Position numbers and translations under genes: made by a program
The notes under the pieces: model-generated
Seen by the model: only the letters and a program-made list of their open reading frames with translations
What the model was told of the DNA's origin: nothing
Database searches by the model: none
NCBI RefSeq assembly: GCF_001194135.2
Contig: NC_069000.1
Coordinates: 35,694,593-35,743,790 of the forward strand
Direction of reading: 5' to 3'
Source of the DNA: Octopus bimaculoides
Lineage: Eukaryota
DNA length: 49,198 nt
Shown here: positions 48,626 to 49,198 of the stretch, in pieces
Position numbering within the stretch: the stretch's first letter is position 1
How the letters are laid out: every line of letters starts with the position of its first letter

Positions 48626-49198
48626 CGTTGTTTTTGCAATCACTTAGAGATATATATACAAAATCTGGTTGTGAAGCACTGTCATGTGAGGTCAAACTAC
48701 ACGCACGCATACACTCATATATATGAACAAACTTGCATAAAAAGTTCACATCTACCAAATCTATTCACAAGGCACTGGTCATCCCATGGTTATAAATAGA
48801 AGATATTCAAGCAAGGTGTTGCACAGAGGGACTGAATCTGGTACTAGATGGTTTTGAAATAAACTTTTTAACCACAACAGCCATGTTTGCACTTGGCAGA
48901 GATGTTAGCACACCGGACGAAATGCTTAGCAGTATTTCGTCTGTCTTTACGTTCTGAGTTCAAATTCTGCCGAGGTCCACTTTGCCTTTCATCCTTTCGG
49001 GGTCGATCTAATTGACTGGCCCCCTCCCCCAAAATTTCGGGTCTTGTGCCGAGAGTAGAAAAGAATATTTAGAACATGGGGTTTAGTACAGAGCAGATGA
49101 TCTTTCAGAATAAGCAGCTGATGGGTTGATCAAACAAGAAACCAAGATAGAGAAAACTCATTGGTATTTTCTCTCATTATCTATATATATAAAAATGA

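Overview
AT-rich, repeat-dense animal genomic DNA. The SINE/LINE/microsatellite content and gap-rich scaffold style point to an octopod cephalopod, probably Octopus (inference). One protein-coding gene is supported: CLPTM1L (cleft lip and palate transmembrane protein 1-like/CRR9, an ER multi-pass lipid scramblase) on the minus strand, CDS 43882 to 12310. I traced 16 GT-AG coding exons by hand: 1536 nt, 511 aa plus stop, all phases compatible. One further conserved exon (the 'LWKV..' segment) is not visible and most likely lies in the N-gap 27782-28321. The rest is introns and flanks filled with at least three SINE families, young RTE LINE fragments (one with an in-frame PHD-like finger), an R4/Dong-like LINE 3' fragment, a CR1-like 3' fragment, a decayed DD37D (maT) transposon, several MITEs, a Helitron-like end and many microsatellites. 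There are ten N-gaps. No rRNA, true tRNA, CRISPR array or clearly new multi-gene system is supported. The best leads are transposon architecture and transposon-host gene interactions. Repeat boundaries are approximate unless a TIR or TSD is quoted. Comparisons with human CLPTM1L and with repeat families are from memory, not from a search.
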